IMG/VR virus record: IMGVR_UViG_3300020050_011573
Direction: 5' to 3' (one strand)
DNA: 20,000 nucleotides
Source: an uncultured virus (IMG/VR IMGVR_UViG_3300020050_011573)
Lineage: Duplodnaviria; Heunggongvirae; Uroviricota; Caudoviricetes
Shown here: positions 1-9,226 of the stretch, in pieces
Layout: every line of letters begins with the position of its first letter
Position numbering within the stretch: position 1 is the first letter of the stretch
Translations under genes and position numbers: made by a program
The notes under the pieces: model-generated
What the model was told of the DNA's origin: nothing
What the model saw: the letters and a program-made list of their open reading frames with translations, nothing else
The model's database searches: none

Positions 1-3000
1 GTATCAGCGTCCTCAATTGCGGATCCTCGAACCACTCCGCTACCTGAAACGTCGCCGGTATCCCCGCGCTCTGAAGTCGGCTGATTGCGTCGTCCATCGC
101 CTGGCGTTTGTTTTGTTCCCGTTTGAGCAATTCCATCACCCGACTTTTCATCAGATTCAAATAATCGCCCTGATCCACTGGATTGCCCTTCACTACTGAC
201 AGTGCCGGATTGCCCCCGTTCGGTGGAATCCAATATCTGACCTTGTTCGAGCTTTGTACCAAGTTCATCGTAAGACCTCACAACGGGCGGAACTTGCGCG
301 GCTGGATACTTTCTTGCCGACTTACCCCGACCGTCAATAACAATGACATCCACAGGCCAAGCCGCGCCTTGTTTCGCGTACATCTGGCCATCAATTGTGA
401 AATGATCAACTACATTGTAGGTGTCATAAAGATTTGCATAAAACTTTCGTTTCGCCGCCTGATTATATCCATCTGAGCGAGCTTCCTCAGTTTTCGCCAT
501 CCGATTGACACCGCCAACAATCAAGACAGCCCGACCATCCGGCAACATTTCTTCTAATGCTTGAAATGCAATTGCGTGGTCTATTTCAGATGTAAGACCA
601 AACGAAGTTTCAAATTTAATTGACTCAATTAAGCCTTGCAAAAACCCTGGTTTTTTCTTTGTTTCCTTGACCGAACCAAACGGAGGGTTAGCGATTACAA
701 CATCAACAGCCTTCGACAATCTGACTTTTGTGGCATCAGCAACATTAGCATCAAATCCTTGCGCTCGAAGGTTCTCAACCCGTTTCGGATTCAGATCGTT
801 CGCTATGACATTTTTAGGATTGGCTGCGATCACCAATGCCCCATTGCCCGCTGTTGGCTCGTACACACTCGTTTTCTTGGTGATTCCGGCAAGCTGAGAC
901 GCAACATAAGCAATCGGCAATGGCGTCGAATACGCCTGATCCTGCACACTCTGCGATGTGCGCGTTCCCAACGTTGGCATCCGATGATGCAGATCCAGCA
1001 ACTTTGCGTAAGTTTCCTGTGGAGAAAGCCCTTCAGCCACAATCTTACGAGCGACGATCACCCCGGCAAGCTCTGCGTCCTCTTCCAAGGCTTTCATTTC
1101 TTCAGTGCCAGATTTGACTCCGAATGTTCGGCCCAACTGACCGTAAAGAATTTCCCCATCCAAAAGAAGATCAACAATCTTGTTTACGCGGGGAGATGCA
1201 GTCACTTTCGGTGTACTTCCTGCATCTCCCTCCTGACGACGAGCATCCCCGAGCAAACCGACATCCCCCGATACCGATTCACTGTTGTTCGCCGCAGTCT
1301 CTTTGTATGCTACCGGCTTTGTGTTGTCCTCAGTTTTGAGCCAGTTCTTGAACTCAAAATCTGACATACTGGTAACAGCGCCACGACGAGTAGGCCCGCT
1401 ATTATCGCTGAAGTGAGCATCATAAAGAGCTTCAGCCTCTTCCTTCGTCACGACACCAACAACTACTTTATGTTCATCAAACTTACCAGTTTTTGGGTCA
1501 ATCTGATCAAACACAAATACCCGCGCCGCATAAGGATTATCCCCCACATACACATCAACCTGTTCACCGTCCGCGCCTTCTGTCCGGCGAATGTAGCCGT
1601 AATGGGCGGACATCTTCACCGACCATTCTTTACCGTTCTGATCTTTGCCAGAGCGCGTTGAACCCTTTGGATTTTCGATTGTGACATCCAGCCCGTGGGT
1701 TTTGATGTGTCCCTTTTTATAATTTCCGGCTTCAATTTGAGCTTCCGTTGGCTCAGGAAGATCATTTGTCGGTGAAGTCGCCGCTTCGTTGGCTTGCTGA
1801 TCAATAGATACCAAGCGTTGTTCCTTGATTACACTATCAACGACAGGTTGAAAGGATGGATCATAGAAAGTCAGCTTTTCTACTGCACTAACACCATGCA
1901 ACCGCGCTACCTCTGAAAGATAATCCTTCACAAAAGCGGTAAGACGGGGATCATTCTTTTTATAACCAAGCAGTTCTCCATCTCCAGACAAAATAAAAGC
2001 CAGTGCTTCACGTTCATAGGTATCAAGGTCCGCCCCCTTGTAAGCCTTAGAATACCGAAGAAGTGCAGCAGCAATTTTTGAGAATTCTGGATGACGTTTA
2101 AGCCAGTCTTTACCGACCAACAACCCCTTAGCAATACTAGACTGCCATCCATGTACCCCGATTTCATGCCATCTCAATCGCGCAACACGTTCATCGCTGA
2201 AAGAATTATCCGTTGACAGAACTTGTACGGACTTTTGCCCCGCAGCCTCTGCCTTGGTAATTGCTGTCTGTAAATCTTGCGCAAGACGAAGCAGGCTATT
2301 AGCAGCATTTGGAGCGCGTTCTTGCTGTGACAATGCCAAATTATTCAAAACTTCGACAACTTGCTTTGCTGCGTTTAATGGTAAACTTGCCCCACCAAAT
2401 TCTCGAATTACAGAATTTGCAACACCTTCTCTAACAGCAATCGCTACCCATAAAGTCCGAAGACCATCATTGTTTGTCTCTACATAAGCAATTTGCCCAT
2501 GTCCAGTTTCCACATTGACAGCTTTTGATCTAGCTTTTGTAAAAGTGTCTTCCCGTGACTGTGATGCGTTTAACGGTGCAGATTCTACTTCCCATCTACC
2601 ATTTTGCGTTTCTTTTGCAGGCTCAGGAAGATCATTCTTCGGCGAGGTTGCCGCTTCGTTGGCTTGTGCTGCTATCTCAGCTTCCCTTTCCTTCCGCTCC
2701 CGATCCTGCTGCACCATTCGCTCGCCAATCTCTTTTTTGGTGAGTTTTGGTGCTGCCGGCTTCACTGACGGATTCAACGCTTTCAATCGCTTCGCTTTGA
2801 CTCGTTTCGCTCGTTCCTTGCGCGTTTCGATCAACTTGGTTCTAACGGCATTCATTTCTGGCGTATTGGCCTCTAACCCGCCAAATTCACCAGAAGCAGC
2901 TGCCTGTGCTTGAACCTCCTGCAAAGCCTCTAAATAAGAATCAAAATCTTCATCAGATACAGACGACAACTCGGCACCAAGAAGTTGACGCTGTTGGTTT

Positions 3001-6000
3001 GTAAAACCTTTACTCGCTGGCTGAGGGGCTTTCGCATCGTTCACGTCGTTGCGAGGGCTTGAGGGCTGAGCTTTTTTCGGTGTCCAGTCATACACCGAAA
3101 TTATTTGATCTCTACGAAATGGTAACGCAATGACTTTCCCATCTTCATCACGACGCATAATGCCATCATATCCAGCCTCTTCAATCTCCCGCATCCGGTC
3201 AGGATCGTTAACAAGTTCCACTTGCTCCAAACGATCTTTCACTATGTAAGGGTTACGCAAATCCAACCACGCTGAATAAACTCGCGCCGGCCCTTCCGTT
3301 CCACCTAAATGCGCCCCTTCCGCGTACTGCGAACCAAACTCTGCATCGCTGGTAAACCAACTTGCCTCTTTAGGAGAATCAAACGCCGTTGAACTGGACG
3401 TTCCGTGATACATCGGCGCCGGATTACCCGCATTGTCTGTCACCGCTGTTCCACGAATCTTTTCAGGAAAACGACGTATTGACAGCGGAGCTTTAGATAA
3501 ATCCGACTCTTCCTTTCCTTTTGCCTTTGATATTCCCGGCACTCCATATTTCTTTTGCCAGTTTGCAATGTCTGAAATGTGAGCGTCAACGTGATGCTGG
3601 CCCAGGTTGTTGGCGCGAGCGTAATCACGCAAGACTTTGATTCCGGCTTTCCCTTCGTCCGAGTTGAGATTCACATCATAAAGACGCTTCACAAGGTCTT
3701 TATTCGCCCCTTCGATAATCTTGTAGGGCGACATTGAGACGCCAGGTTTGGCAGGTTTCGTTACTGGCCTGTCAGCTTCTGCCAACCCAGGCGAAGTAGT
3801 AAGCCGACCACCAGTAAGACCATCATCAACATTTTGAGTCTCCTTTTCAGCTAAACCGCGTCTCTGTTGAGCTTCGGCAAGCGTTGTTTCGATCCATTCC
3901 GCCGACATGCCAGCCTGGTCAGCCTGCTCAACAAAATCACGCGCCAGTTTTTTCGTGTAGATTGTCCGCGGATTGTCCAGCGCACGATAGACACGGGTAA
4001 ATTCACTGGTTTGGTCGGCTAAAAGAGAATCTAGCCTATCTGCTTCGGCTTGTTGTTCTGACGTCATCTGCTCACGCTGATAATCACCAAAACTTTCCGT
4101 TTCCCTGTCTCCCTGTCTTCTTGTCTCTTGTTCAACCTCACGGATGAATTCTTGCGGCGTTTCCGCCCTGGTTAAGCCTTCGCTGGCCATTCGTTCGCGC
4201 ATCTGGTCCGGCGACTCCCCGCCTTTGCGCGAAATCAACCCAGTTGTCCCGGACTCTTTTGGCCCCAGGCGATCCAACTCGCCCTTTTCAACTGCTCCTT
4301 CCGGCGCTGCAATCCCGCCCGCACGACGAATCTCAGTCAACAAATTGCCCTGAACATCATCCCCAGCATCACCAATTGTCTCAGTTTGCGGCTGTACACC
4401 CGTCGCTTTTGCTAAATTCTTGAAGAATGGCGAAACATTCTTCTGAATATCCTGCACAAGAGCCTGTTCTTGCTGCTGTGCTTGGACAAGCTGTTGCTCA
4501 ACAATCACACCGGCCTGTGCGTTCTGCTGTTCGATTGGCGAGGGAACTTGTCCCATCATCTGCTTTGCCTGTGCGGATTGCTGGGACGGAAGTAATTCTT
4601 GTTGCTGAGTCTGTAATTGCTGAATCTGTTCCTGAATCTGTGTGATTGCCTCTAACGGCTTGGCCAATTTGTCCAGTGTCGCATCATCGGCCAGGGCAAC
4701 GGTCTGAGGATCAATTCCCGATTTCACCAAGGTTTGAACAATCGGATGGTCAGGTTGAGTCTGAAGTGTTTGCTCAATGGCTTCAACCATCGGCAAATGT
4801 GGGGAATTGCGCTGAGCCAGTTTTTCAAGCGCAACTTGTGATGCTCCGCCACCAGCACCCAAAAACAATGCAGGCACAGCGTTATGCGCCGCATTGCTGA
4901 GCATCTGTCCGGCTGTCAAATTTGGCTTATGACCAGAATAATACTTTGCTCCAACATCAGAAATTCCAGACTGTAAACCTTCTTGTCCGCCTTCTTGAGC
5001 CGACTCTTTCAGAATATGGCCAACAACCTTTTTCCCAGTTTTGGCTCCCGTTCCCATCAAAGAGCCAGCCCCCAGGGATTCAACGCCACCTGAAATCGTT
5101 TGTGTCGCTGTCAAACGCCGAAGCTGATCCGGCGTAGCCCCAGCATCACGCGCCTGATGGTATTCTTCCGGCACTTCCATTGCAGCACCGACCGCACCAG
5201 CAACCAACCGAGGCGAGACACCCAATGCGCGACCAGCCCCACCAGCCGCTATGAATGGAACCATTGATCCGCCAGCTTCCGGCATTGTAGCTGTCCAAAA
5301 GTCAGGGTTTAATGGGTTTATTGTCGGCTGGCGAGTCTCATCAACGGGATATAAGCCTTTTGCCGCACGTTCGCCAAGCCGTGTAATTCCTTCAAGTCTG
5401 TCTCCAAGCGAGGCTTGGCGGTTTTGATGATCAATTTGAGCAGCAATCTTCGCTTTTTCTTCTGGTGGCAAAGCGCGTAATTTAGGATCACTTTCAACGA
5501 CATCATTTCCCGTAACTGTAAACGATTCATCAACCAATCGGCTAAGTCCTTCAGGGATTGAAAAAATTCCCTTGGTTGCGGAACCCATAAAGCGATTTAC
5601 CGCTTCTTCGCCTCTCCCAACCGGCGCATTGATGAATTCCTCTTCCGGTTTCAATCCTCCCGCTGCTGTGGTCAAAACTCGACGACTGAACCGTGTAAAT
5701 GGATTTTCAGACTCAACCTGCCGGCGCATTCGGCGCAATTCCGCTGCGCGTTCCATCTCTTTTGGATCAAACTTTGTTTGACCAGTATCTACCCCTTCAA
5801 GCCGGCGTTGAGTTTGTTTGGGATTCTCTTTTGCGTAAGCCCATTTTCGAGAAGATGCAGAATCAGCATCTTTCCCAAATCCAATTTCAATAAAATCACT
5901 CAAACCAGGTACTTTTAAGGCTTTTTCAGCTAACTGGTTGGCTTCAGCCAATTCGCGTTCAGCATCAGCCAGCGAATGACGACGCGCATTTTCATCTGTG

Positions 6001-6551
6001 TAGGTTCCTGTAGACCGAAATAGTTCTGTTGCGCGAGCTTTCTTTCGATTGATTTCATTCAGAATCGCTTGAGCATCTTTTTCTGTAACCGTTGATCGAG
6101 CAGCAACCGAACCAGGCTGTGTACCAGTCTTTTTTTGCTTTTGCGGTTCACTCAACCACTTGTTGTAATCCTTGACATCCTTGAAATCGCGGTCTGGTTC
6201 TCTTGTTTCCGTCACTTTACGGATTTTTAGCCAGGTGGATAACTCTTTTGCACTTTCAAAGCCTTGCTTCGGCTTCCAATTCTTGACATCAGATTGCGAC
6301 TCAAATGCCAAATCTCCTGGCAATTTTCCTTTTTTCTGCGGCTGTGGCTTTGACTCCGGAATATTCAATTCTTCAATCGGCGCTTCGATTGCCCATGAAG
6401 TCTTTCGACCAAATATCTTTTCCGCAGGCGTCTGGCTGGAAACATCATCCACCGCAATCTGAGACGGTAGGGAGACTTCTTCAACCGAAATCGGCTGGAT
6501 TGGCCGAACTGGTTGCTGTTGCTGGAAATCGTCAAAGTAGTTGCGCGGCAT
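1..6551 (-). CDS. Large polyvalent protein (DarB-like, probably virion-delivered); runs off the left edge; at least 2183 aa
   Basis: Manual translation from ATG 6551 (MPRNYFDDFQQQQP...), 3 nt after the upstream TAA, stays open in one frame to position 3. Gly/Ala-rich hydrophobic segments ~4850-5280, Q-rich coil ~4440-4640, then ART (MYHGT...WFTSD...YA...WLDLRNP...GYDGI), HEIGVH, InPase and MTase (YEPTAGNG, NPPFG) motifs. Absent from the ORF track, presumably because it has no in-window stop. Confidence 0.92.
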   Translation of the reverse strand, partial: MPRNYFDDFQQQQPVRPIQPISVEEVSLPSQIAVDDVSSQTPAEKIFGRKTSWAIEAPIEELNIPESKPQPQKKGKLPGDLAFESQSDVKNWKPKQGFESAKELSTWLKIRKVTETREPDRDFKDVKDYNKWLSEPQKQKKTGTQPGSVAARSTVTEKDAQAILNEINRKKARATELFRSTGTYTDENARRHSLADAERELAEANQLAEKALKVPGLSDFIEIGFGKDADSASSRKWAYAKENPKQTQRRLEGVDTGQTKFDPKEMERAAELRRMRRQVESENPFTRFSRRVLTTAAGGLKPEEEFINAPVGRGEEAVNRFMGSATKGIFSIPEGLSRLVDESFTVTGNDVVESDPKLRALPPEEKAKIAAQIDHQNRQASLGDRLEGITRLGERAAKGLYPVDETRQPTINPLNPDFWTATMPEAGGSMVPFIAAGGAGRALGVSPRLVAGAVGAAMEVPEEYHQARDAGATPDQLRRLTATQTISGGVESLGAGSLMGTGAKTGKKVVGHILKESAQEGGQEGLQSGISDVGAKYYSGHKPNLTAGQMLSNAAHNAVPALFLGAGGGASQVALEKLAQRNSPHLPMVEAIEQTLQTQPDHPIVQTLVKSGIDPQTVALADDATLDKLAKPLEAITQIQEQIQQLQTQQQELLPSQQSAQAKQMMGQVPSPIEQQNAQAGVIVEQQLVQAQQQEQALVQDIQKNVSPFFKNLAKATGVQPQTETIGDAGDDVQGNLLTEIRRAGGIAAPEGAVEKGELDRLGPKESGTTGLISRKGGESPDQMRERMASEGLTRAETPQEFIREVEQETRRQGDRETESFGDYQREQMTSEQQAEADRLDSLLADQTSEFTRVYRALDNPRTIYTKKLARDFVEQADQAGMSAEWIETTLAEAQQRRGLAEKETQNVDDGLTGGRLTTSPGLAEADRPVTKPAKPGVSMSPYKIIEGANKDLVKRLYDVNLNSDEGKAGIKVLRDYARANNLGQHHVDAHISDIANWQKKYGVPGISKAKGKEESDLSKAPLSIRRFPEKIRGTAVTDNAGNPAPMYHGTSSSTAFDSPKEASWFTSDAEFGSQYAEGAHLGGTEGPARVYSAWLDLRNPYIVKDRLEQVELVNDPDRMREIEEAGYDGIMRRDEDGKVIALPFRRDQIISVYDWTPKKAQPSSPRNDVNDAKAPQPASKGFTNQQRQLLGAELSSVSDEDFDSYLEALQEVQAQAAASGEFGGLEANTPEMNAVRTKLIETRKERAKRVKAKRLKALNPSVKPAAPKLTKKEIGERMVQQDRERKEREAEIAAQANEAATSPKNDLPEPAKETQNGRWEVESAPLNASQSREDTFTKARSKAVNVETGHGQIAYVETNNDGLRTLWVAIAVREGVANSVIREFGGASLPLNAAKQVVEVLNNLALSQQERAPNAANSLLRLAQDLQTAITKAEAAGQKSVQVLSTDNSFSDERVARLRWHEIGVHGWQSSIAKGLLVGKDWLKRHPEFSKIAAALLRYSKAYKGADLDTYEREALAFILSGDGELLGYKKNDPRLTAFVKDYLSEVARLHGVSAVEKLTFYDPSFQPVVDSVIKEQRLVSIDQQANEAATSPTNDLPEPTEAQIEAGNYKKGHIKTHGLDVTIENPKGSTRSGKDQNGKEWSVKMSAHYGYIRRTEGADGEQVDVYVGDNPYAARVFVFDQIDPKTGKFDEHKVVVGVVTKEEAEALYDAHFSDNSGPTRRGAVTSMSDFEFKNWLKTEDNTKPVAYKETAANNSESVSGDVGLLGDARRQEGDAGSTPKVTASPRVNKIVDLLLDGEILYGQLGRTFGVKSGTEEMKALEEDAELAGVIVARKIVAEGLSPQETYAKLLDLHHRMPTLGTRTSQSVQDQAYSTPLPIAYVASQLAGITKKTSVYEPTAGNGALVIAANPKNVIANDLNPKRVENLRAQGFDANVADATKVRLSKAVDVVIANPPFGSVKETKKKPGFLQGLIESIKFETSFGLTSEIDHAIAFQALEEMLPDGRAVLIVGGVNRMAKTEEARSDGYNQAAKRKFYANLYDTYNVVDHFTIDGQMYAKQGAAWPVDVIVIDGRGKSARKYPAAQVPPVVRSYDELGTKLEQGQILDSTERGQSGTVSSEGQSSGSGRLFESDEKSGDGIAQTGTKQTPGDGRRNQPTSERGDTGDVSGSGVVRGSAIEDAD
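300..940 (-). other. N6-adenine DNA methyltransferase domain of the polyvalent protein
   Basis: QAYSTPLPIAY (QAYSTP 921-938), SAM-binding VYEPTAGNGAL (~840-863), catalytic VIANPPFG (NPPF 678-689), then MYAKQGAAWPVDVIVIDG; the style found before Strawberry-notch/SNF2 helicases in polyvalent proteins. Confidence 0.85.
1330..1750 (-). other. InPase (inorganic pyrophosphatase-like) domain of polyvalent proteins
   Basis: PTEAQIEAGNYKKGHI...TIENPKGSTRSGKD..GKEWSVKM..HYGYIRRTEGADGEQVDVYVG...VFDQID..TGKFDEHKVVVG...EFKNWL. Confidence 0.88.
1750..2666. repeat. 47-nt imperfect in-frame direct repeat (1750-1796 and 2620-2666) encoding QANEAATSP(T/K)NDLPEP
   Basis: 42/47 identical, 870 nt (290 codons) apart, bracketing the HEIGVH module. 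Confidence 0.9.
1900..2260 (-). other. Zincin-like metallopeptidase module (HExxxH)
   Basis: RLRWHEIGVHGW (HEIGVH 2151-2168) with downstream YEREALAFIL as candidate third Zn ligand; boundaries approximate. Confidence 0.55.
3090..3460 (-). other. ADP-ribosyltransferase domain (ART-PolyVal-like)
   Basis: VTDNAGNPAPMYHGTS...WFTSDAEFGSQYA...RVYSAWLDLRNP...EEAGYDGIM...FRRDQI. Confidence 0.8.
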
Positions 6552-6554
6552 CGT

Positions 6555-7799
6555 TTAATTCCCCGTTCCCGACGTTGGCGGCAACTGTTTTCGTTTCCCG
6601 CCGGTTGTGCCACTGGTTGGCGGAAAACCCGTTCCAAACTCAAATGAGCTTTCTTTTGGAAGAGACTGGAAAACGTTGGACGCCCGCTCGGGCTTATCCT
6701 CTCCATCTGTTTTTCGCTTACGTCCCCCAATTCGCTCCAACCGCTCTTTCTGCCGGCGATCCTGCCCAGCCTGAGATGATGATGAGCGGCTATTCTGCTG
6801 GCCTTGTTTGTACTTTTCCAGTTCCGACCGATGGCGGGATTTTACATCTTCCATCTCTTTATCGTGTTCATACTTCATCCGCGCTTTTTCAAATTCAGCC
6901 TTCTTTTTTTCAACGTCTCGCTCCAAATCCGCCATGATCTTCTTACGAGCAATATCTTCCGCCGTCTCTGTCCGCATCTCCGTATTGGTCACGCTGGCGT
7001 TTCGCATCGGCTGGCCATCCGGCCCTTTGACCAACACCTGATCACGCGCATCTTTCTTGTTGTAGAGAAAAGGATTCTCACCACCCGCACCCGACGCATA
7101 TTCTGGCGCTGTAGCATCATTCAGTTTTGCAACTGCTGTCCGACCTGCAATCTCCGTCTGAAACGCTTTCTGACGTGATTCATTGCGCCGCATGACCTGA
7201 TCCTGTTCTTGTCTGGCCATCGGAAGCGTTGTTGTCTCGAAGCCCAACCGCTCAGCCGCCCCAGGGTTAAAGATTCCACCCAGCAAGCCCCCAATGTTCG
7301 CGTAAGGGTTGTTGGGCATCTTCTGCTGTGCCGCGTAAGCCCCGGTCAACGCTGCTCGCACACGATCAAGGAAGCCGTGCTTGTCGTGTCCCTGAAAAGT
7401 TGGGTCTGCTGGTATCGCTTCCATCTTTGGAGCAAGGTCTTCATATCGAACTTGGTTGGCCACGTTTTGGCGCAGGCTGTCCATCAATTCACTGCCACCC
7501 ACACGCCCCGTTGTTGGGTCCGGCCCGGTCCCGCTCGCAGGCTGTCCACTGGGAAGAATCTCGCCCATCGGGTTCATTCCTTCGGTGGAAAGCTGGCCTT
7601 GATATGGCTCAACGTTTTCCGGTCCCAATCTGCCCACTCCCGGCGCCCTTGTCGGTTCTGGTTGTTCACCCATAGGGTTAACGAGGTTGCGCGGACGGGG
7701 AATGCCGCCGTTGATTTTCATCTTGGTATCAGCGGCCCGGCGCATAATTGGATCGTTCATTTCTTGGAGTCGGCGCGAGAAGTCTGGGAATGTCGGCAT
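6555..7799 (-). CDS. Putative internal virion/ejection (DNA-transfer) protein, 414 aa
   Basis: Start moved to ATG 7799 (MPTFPDF; RBS AAGGA). Pro/Gly-rich N-terminus, GFLDRVRAALTGA / NIGGLLGGIF amphipathic segments, charged coiled-coil C-terminus; directly upstream of the polyvalent gene. Function inferred from composition and position. Confidence 0.6.
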   Translation of the reverse strand: MPTFPDFSRRLQEMNDPIMRRAADTKMKINGGIPRPRNLVNPMGEQPEPTRAPGVGRLGPENVEPYQGQLSTEGMNPMGEILPSGQPASGTGPDPTTGRVGGSELMDSLRQNVANQVRYEDLAPKMEAIPADPTFQGHDKHGFLDRVRAALTGAYAAQQKMPNNPYANIGGLLGGIFNPGAAERLGFETTTLPMARQEQDQVMRRNESRQKAFQTEIAGRTAVAKLNDATAPEYASGAGGENPFLYNKKDARDQVLVKGPDGQPMRNASVTNTEMRTETAEDIARKKIMADLERDVEKKKAEFEKARMKYEHDKEMEDVKSRHRSELEKYKQGQQNSRSSSSQAGQDRRQKERLERIGGRKRKTDGEDKPERASNVFQSLPKESSFEFGTGFPPTSGTTGGKRKQLPPTSGTGN

Positions 7800-7835
7800 G
7801 ATTTGTCCTTTGTGAGCTTCCCAATGCTTGTGCGT

Positions 7836-7864
7836 ATTGTAGTGAAAGGATTTCGCTTTGACAA
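7836..7864 (-). promoter_or_regulatory. Sigma70-type promoter for the ejection/polyvalent genes
   Basis: TTGTCA (7864-7859), 17 nt, TACAAT (7841-7836). Confidence 0.7.
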
Positions 7865-7901
7865 AAGAAAAACGGCGAGTCACCTTACTAACTCGCCGTT
7901 T
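7863..7901 (-). terminator. Rho-independent terminator ending the leftward operon
   Basis: AAACGGCGAGTTA-gtaagg-TGACTCGCCGTTT followed by TTCTTTT. Confidence 0.85.
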
Positions 7902-7973
7902 CGTTCCACCACTTTTAGGTCAAGTTTCCCTTCCCTATTCGGTAGTTTCTCACTTCTACCAATTGCGCGCAGG

Positions 7974-8741
7974 TTACACCAGGATTGTCGCTTCCGGCAA
8001 GAGTGTTTTGAGGTGTTCGGCGACCATCTTCTTTTGCTGATATTCCCAGTTTCGGTAATGCTGTTCAACCAACCGAATCGAAGCATTGTTGCCGTTCCGT
8101 TTGATTCGAATCATAAACGTTGAAGGATGAATCGCCACTTCGGGGAACGTTCGCACGGGATAAAGAACCACCTTGTCAATCGTCGCATCCCCACTTTTGC
8201 TATTCTTGGAACTGATCCGGCTGCGCACCGTGATTTCTCGGCTCAATCCTCCATCGCTTAATTCGGTCAAGTCTTCGATTTTGATTGTGCTGAACTCGTC
8301 AACCAACCGATCCACCATATCATCAGCAACAAAACACTCCCGAAGCTGAATCAACGCTTGTTCGATTTCAACGAAGCTCTGAATCATCGAGCAATTTGCA
8401 CTGCTCCCCGCTGAAGCCGAAACATGCAGCACCCTGTTTTTGTCATCGTGAACGTCCAACAGGTGAACCAGTGAAACGCTTTCCACTTTGAGAACGAATG
8501 TGTGTTCGTCATCAGCCAAATTGACATAAAGCTTTTCAACGTATTCTTTCAGCGCTTCGAGTGTGGAAACCGCCACCTGCTCCACTCGTTTCTCTTTTTC
8601 TGGCTTTTCCACATGCACAATCTGCTTGCCGCCTTGCACGAGAACACGGCTGCCATCGGGCATGTCAAAAACTTCCGCCTTTGCTGCGTGTTGCACTGCC
8701 TGAAACAGATTGGTCAACTCACCGTTTTCTCCATAATTCAT
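7974..8741 (-). CDS. Conserved phage protein (YfdQ/DUF2303-like), 255 aa
   Basis: Start 8741 with GGAG RBS; STLEALKEYV and VLYPVRTFPEV..PSTFMIRI...W motifs resemble the family paired with the small gene upstream. Confidence 0.6.
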   Translation of the reverse strand: MNYGENGELTNLFQAVQHAAKAEVFDMPDGSRVLVQGGKQIVHVEKPEKEKRVEQVAVSTLEALKEYVEKLYVNLADDEHTFVLKVESVSLVHLLDVHDDKNRVLHVSASAGSSANCSMIQSFVEIEQALIQLRECFVADDMVDRLVDEFSTIKIEDLTELSDGGLSREITVRSRISSKNSKSGDATIDKVVLYPVRTFPEVAIHPSTFMIRIKRNGNNASIRLVEQHYRNWEYQQKKMVAEHLKTLLPEATILV

Positions 8742-8769
8742 AAAAGTCTCCGATTGATTAAGTTTTGTT

Positions 8770-8854
8770 TGGTGCCGTCCCCGGCTTTTCAACTCCCCAG
8801 TCTAAAACCACGCCGATGAAAAGTTATATGTCTCTTGAACGACTAGGGACGGCA
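8770..8854 (-). ncRNA. Intergenic multi-stem RNA ending in CCA (tRNA-like/C4-like)
   Basis: TGCCGTCCC (8854-8846) pairs with GGGACGGCA (8781-8773), followed by CCA; inner CTTTTCA/TGAAAAG stem and GTC-GTTCAAGA-GAC mini-hairpin. Confidence 0.5.
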
Positions 8855-8863
8855 TAGATTGAA

Positions 8864-9226
8864 TCACTTGAAGCCCAGGCGCGGTTGCTCGGGATCACTC
8901 TCACTGACAATAATGGAATCGCCAGCCGGAACCAGGTACGCACGGCTGCGCTGTGGCACGCGATCCGGAAACTTCGTCTTCACGTTCACATCGAAATCCA
9001 CTACTGACCGATCCGCCGTTGGAATCAGCGCAATCTCGACAATGATGGTCCGCGGCTTGGCTGCCGGATAGCTCATATCCACGATATTTTTGACTGCCGC
9101 CTGAAATGCTTCGGGAAATCGCTTCCCCACTTCAGCGCGGCCAATCGTTTCAAGTTGGATGTTTGAATCCAGTTCGATTTGAACCCGGCTCGCCAGTTCC
9201 GTTCGCTCATCTTCTGCTGTTCTCAT
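8864..9226 (-). CDS. Conserved small phage protein (family often auto-annotated 'replication terminator protein'), 120 aa
   Basis: F..AVKNIVD....AKPRTIIVEIALIPTADRS.VDFDVNVKTKF pattern; ATGA overlap with the upstream gene. Confidence 0.65.
   Translation of the reverse strand: MRTAEDERTELASRVQIELDSNIQLETIGRAEVGKRFPEAFQAAVKNIVDMSYPAAKPRTIIVEIALIPTADRSVVDFDVNVKTKFPDRVPQRSRAYLVPAGDSIIVSESDPEQPRLGFK

Noticed and set aside
1750..2666. Intein, intron or DGR template/variable repeat pair
   Set aside because: No intein splice-junction residues noticed, no reverse transcriptase in the window, and the mismatches are not adenine-specific.
17..8123. Many plus-strand ORFs (e.g. 636..1364, 6305..6937, 7209..8123) and short off-frame minus-strand ORFs
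   Set aside because: They are shadows of the long minus-strand genes, with no recognisable motifs.
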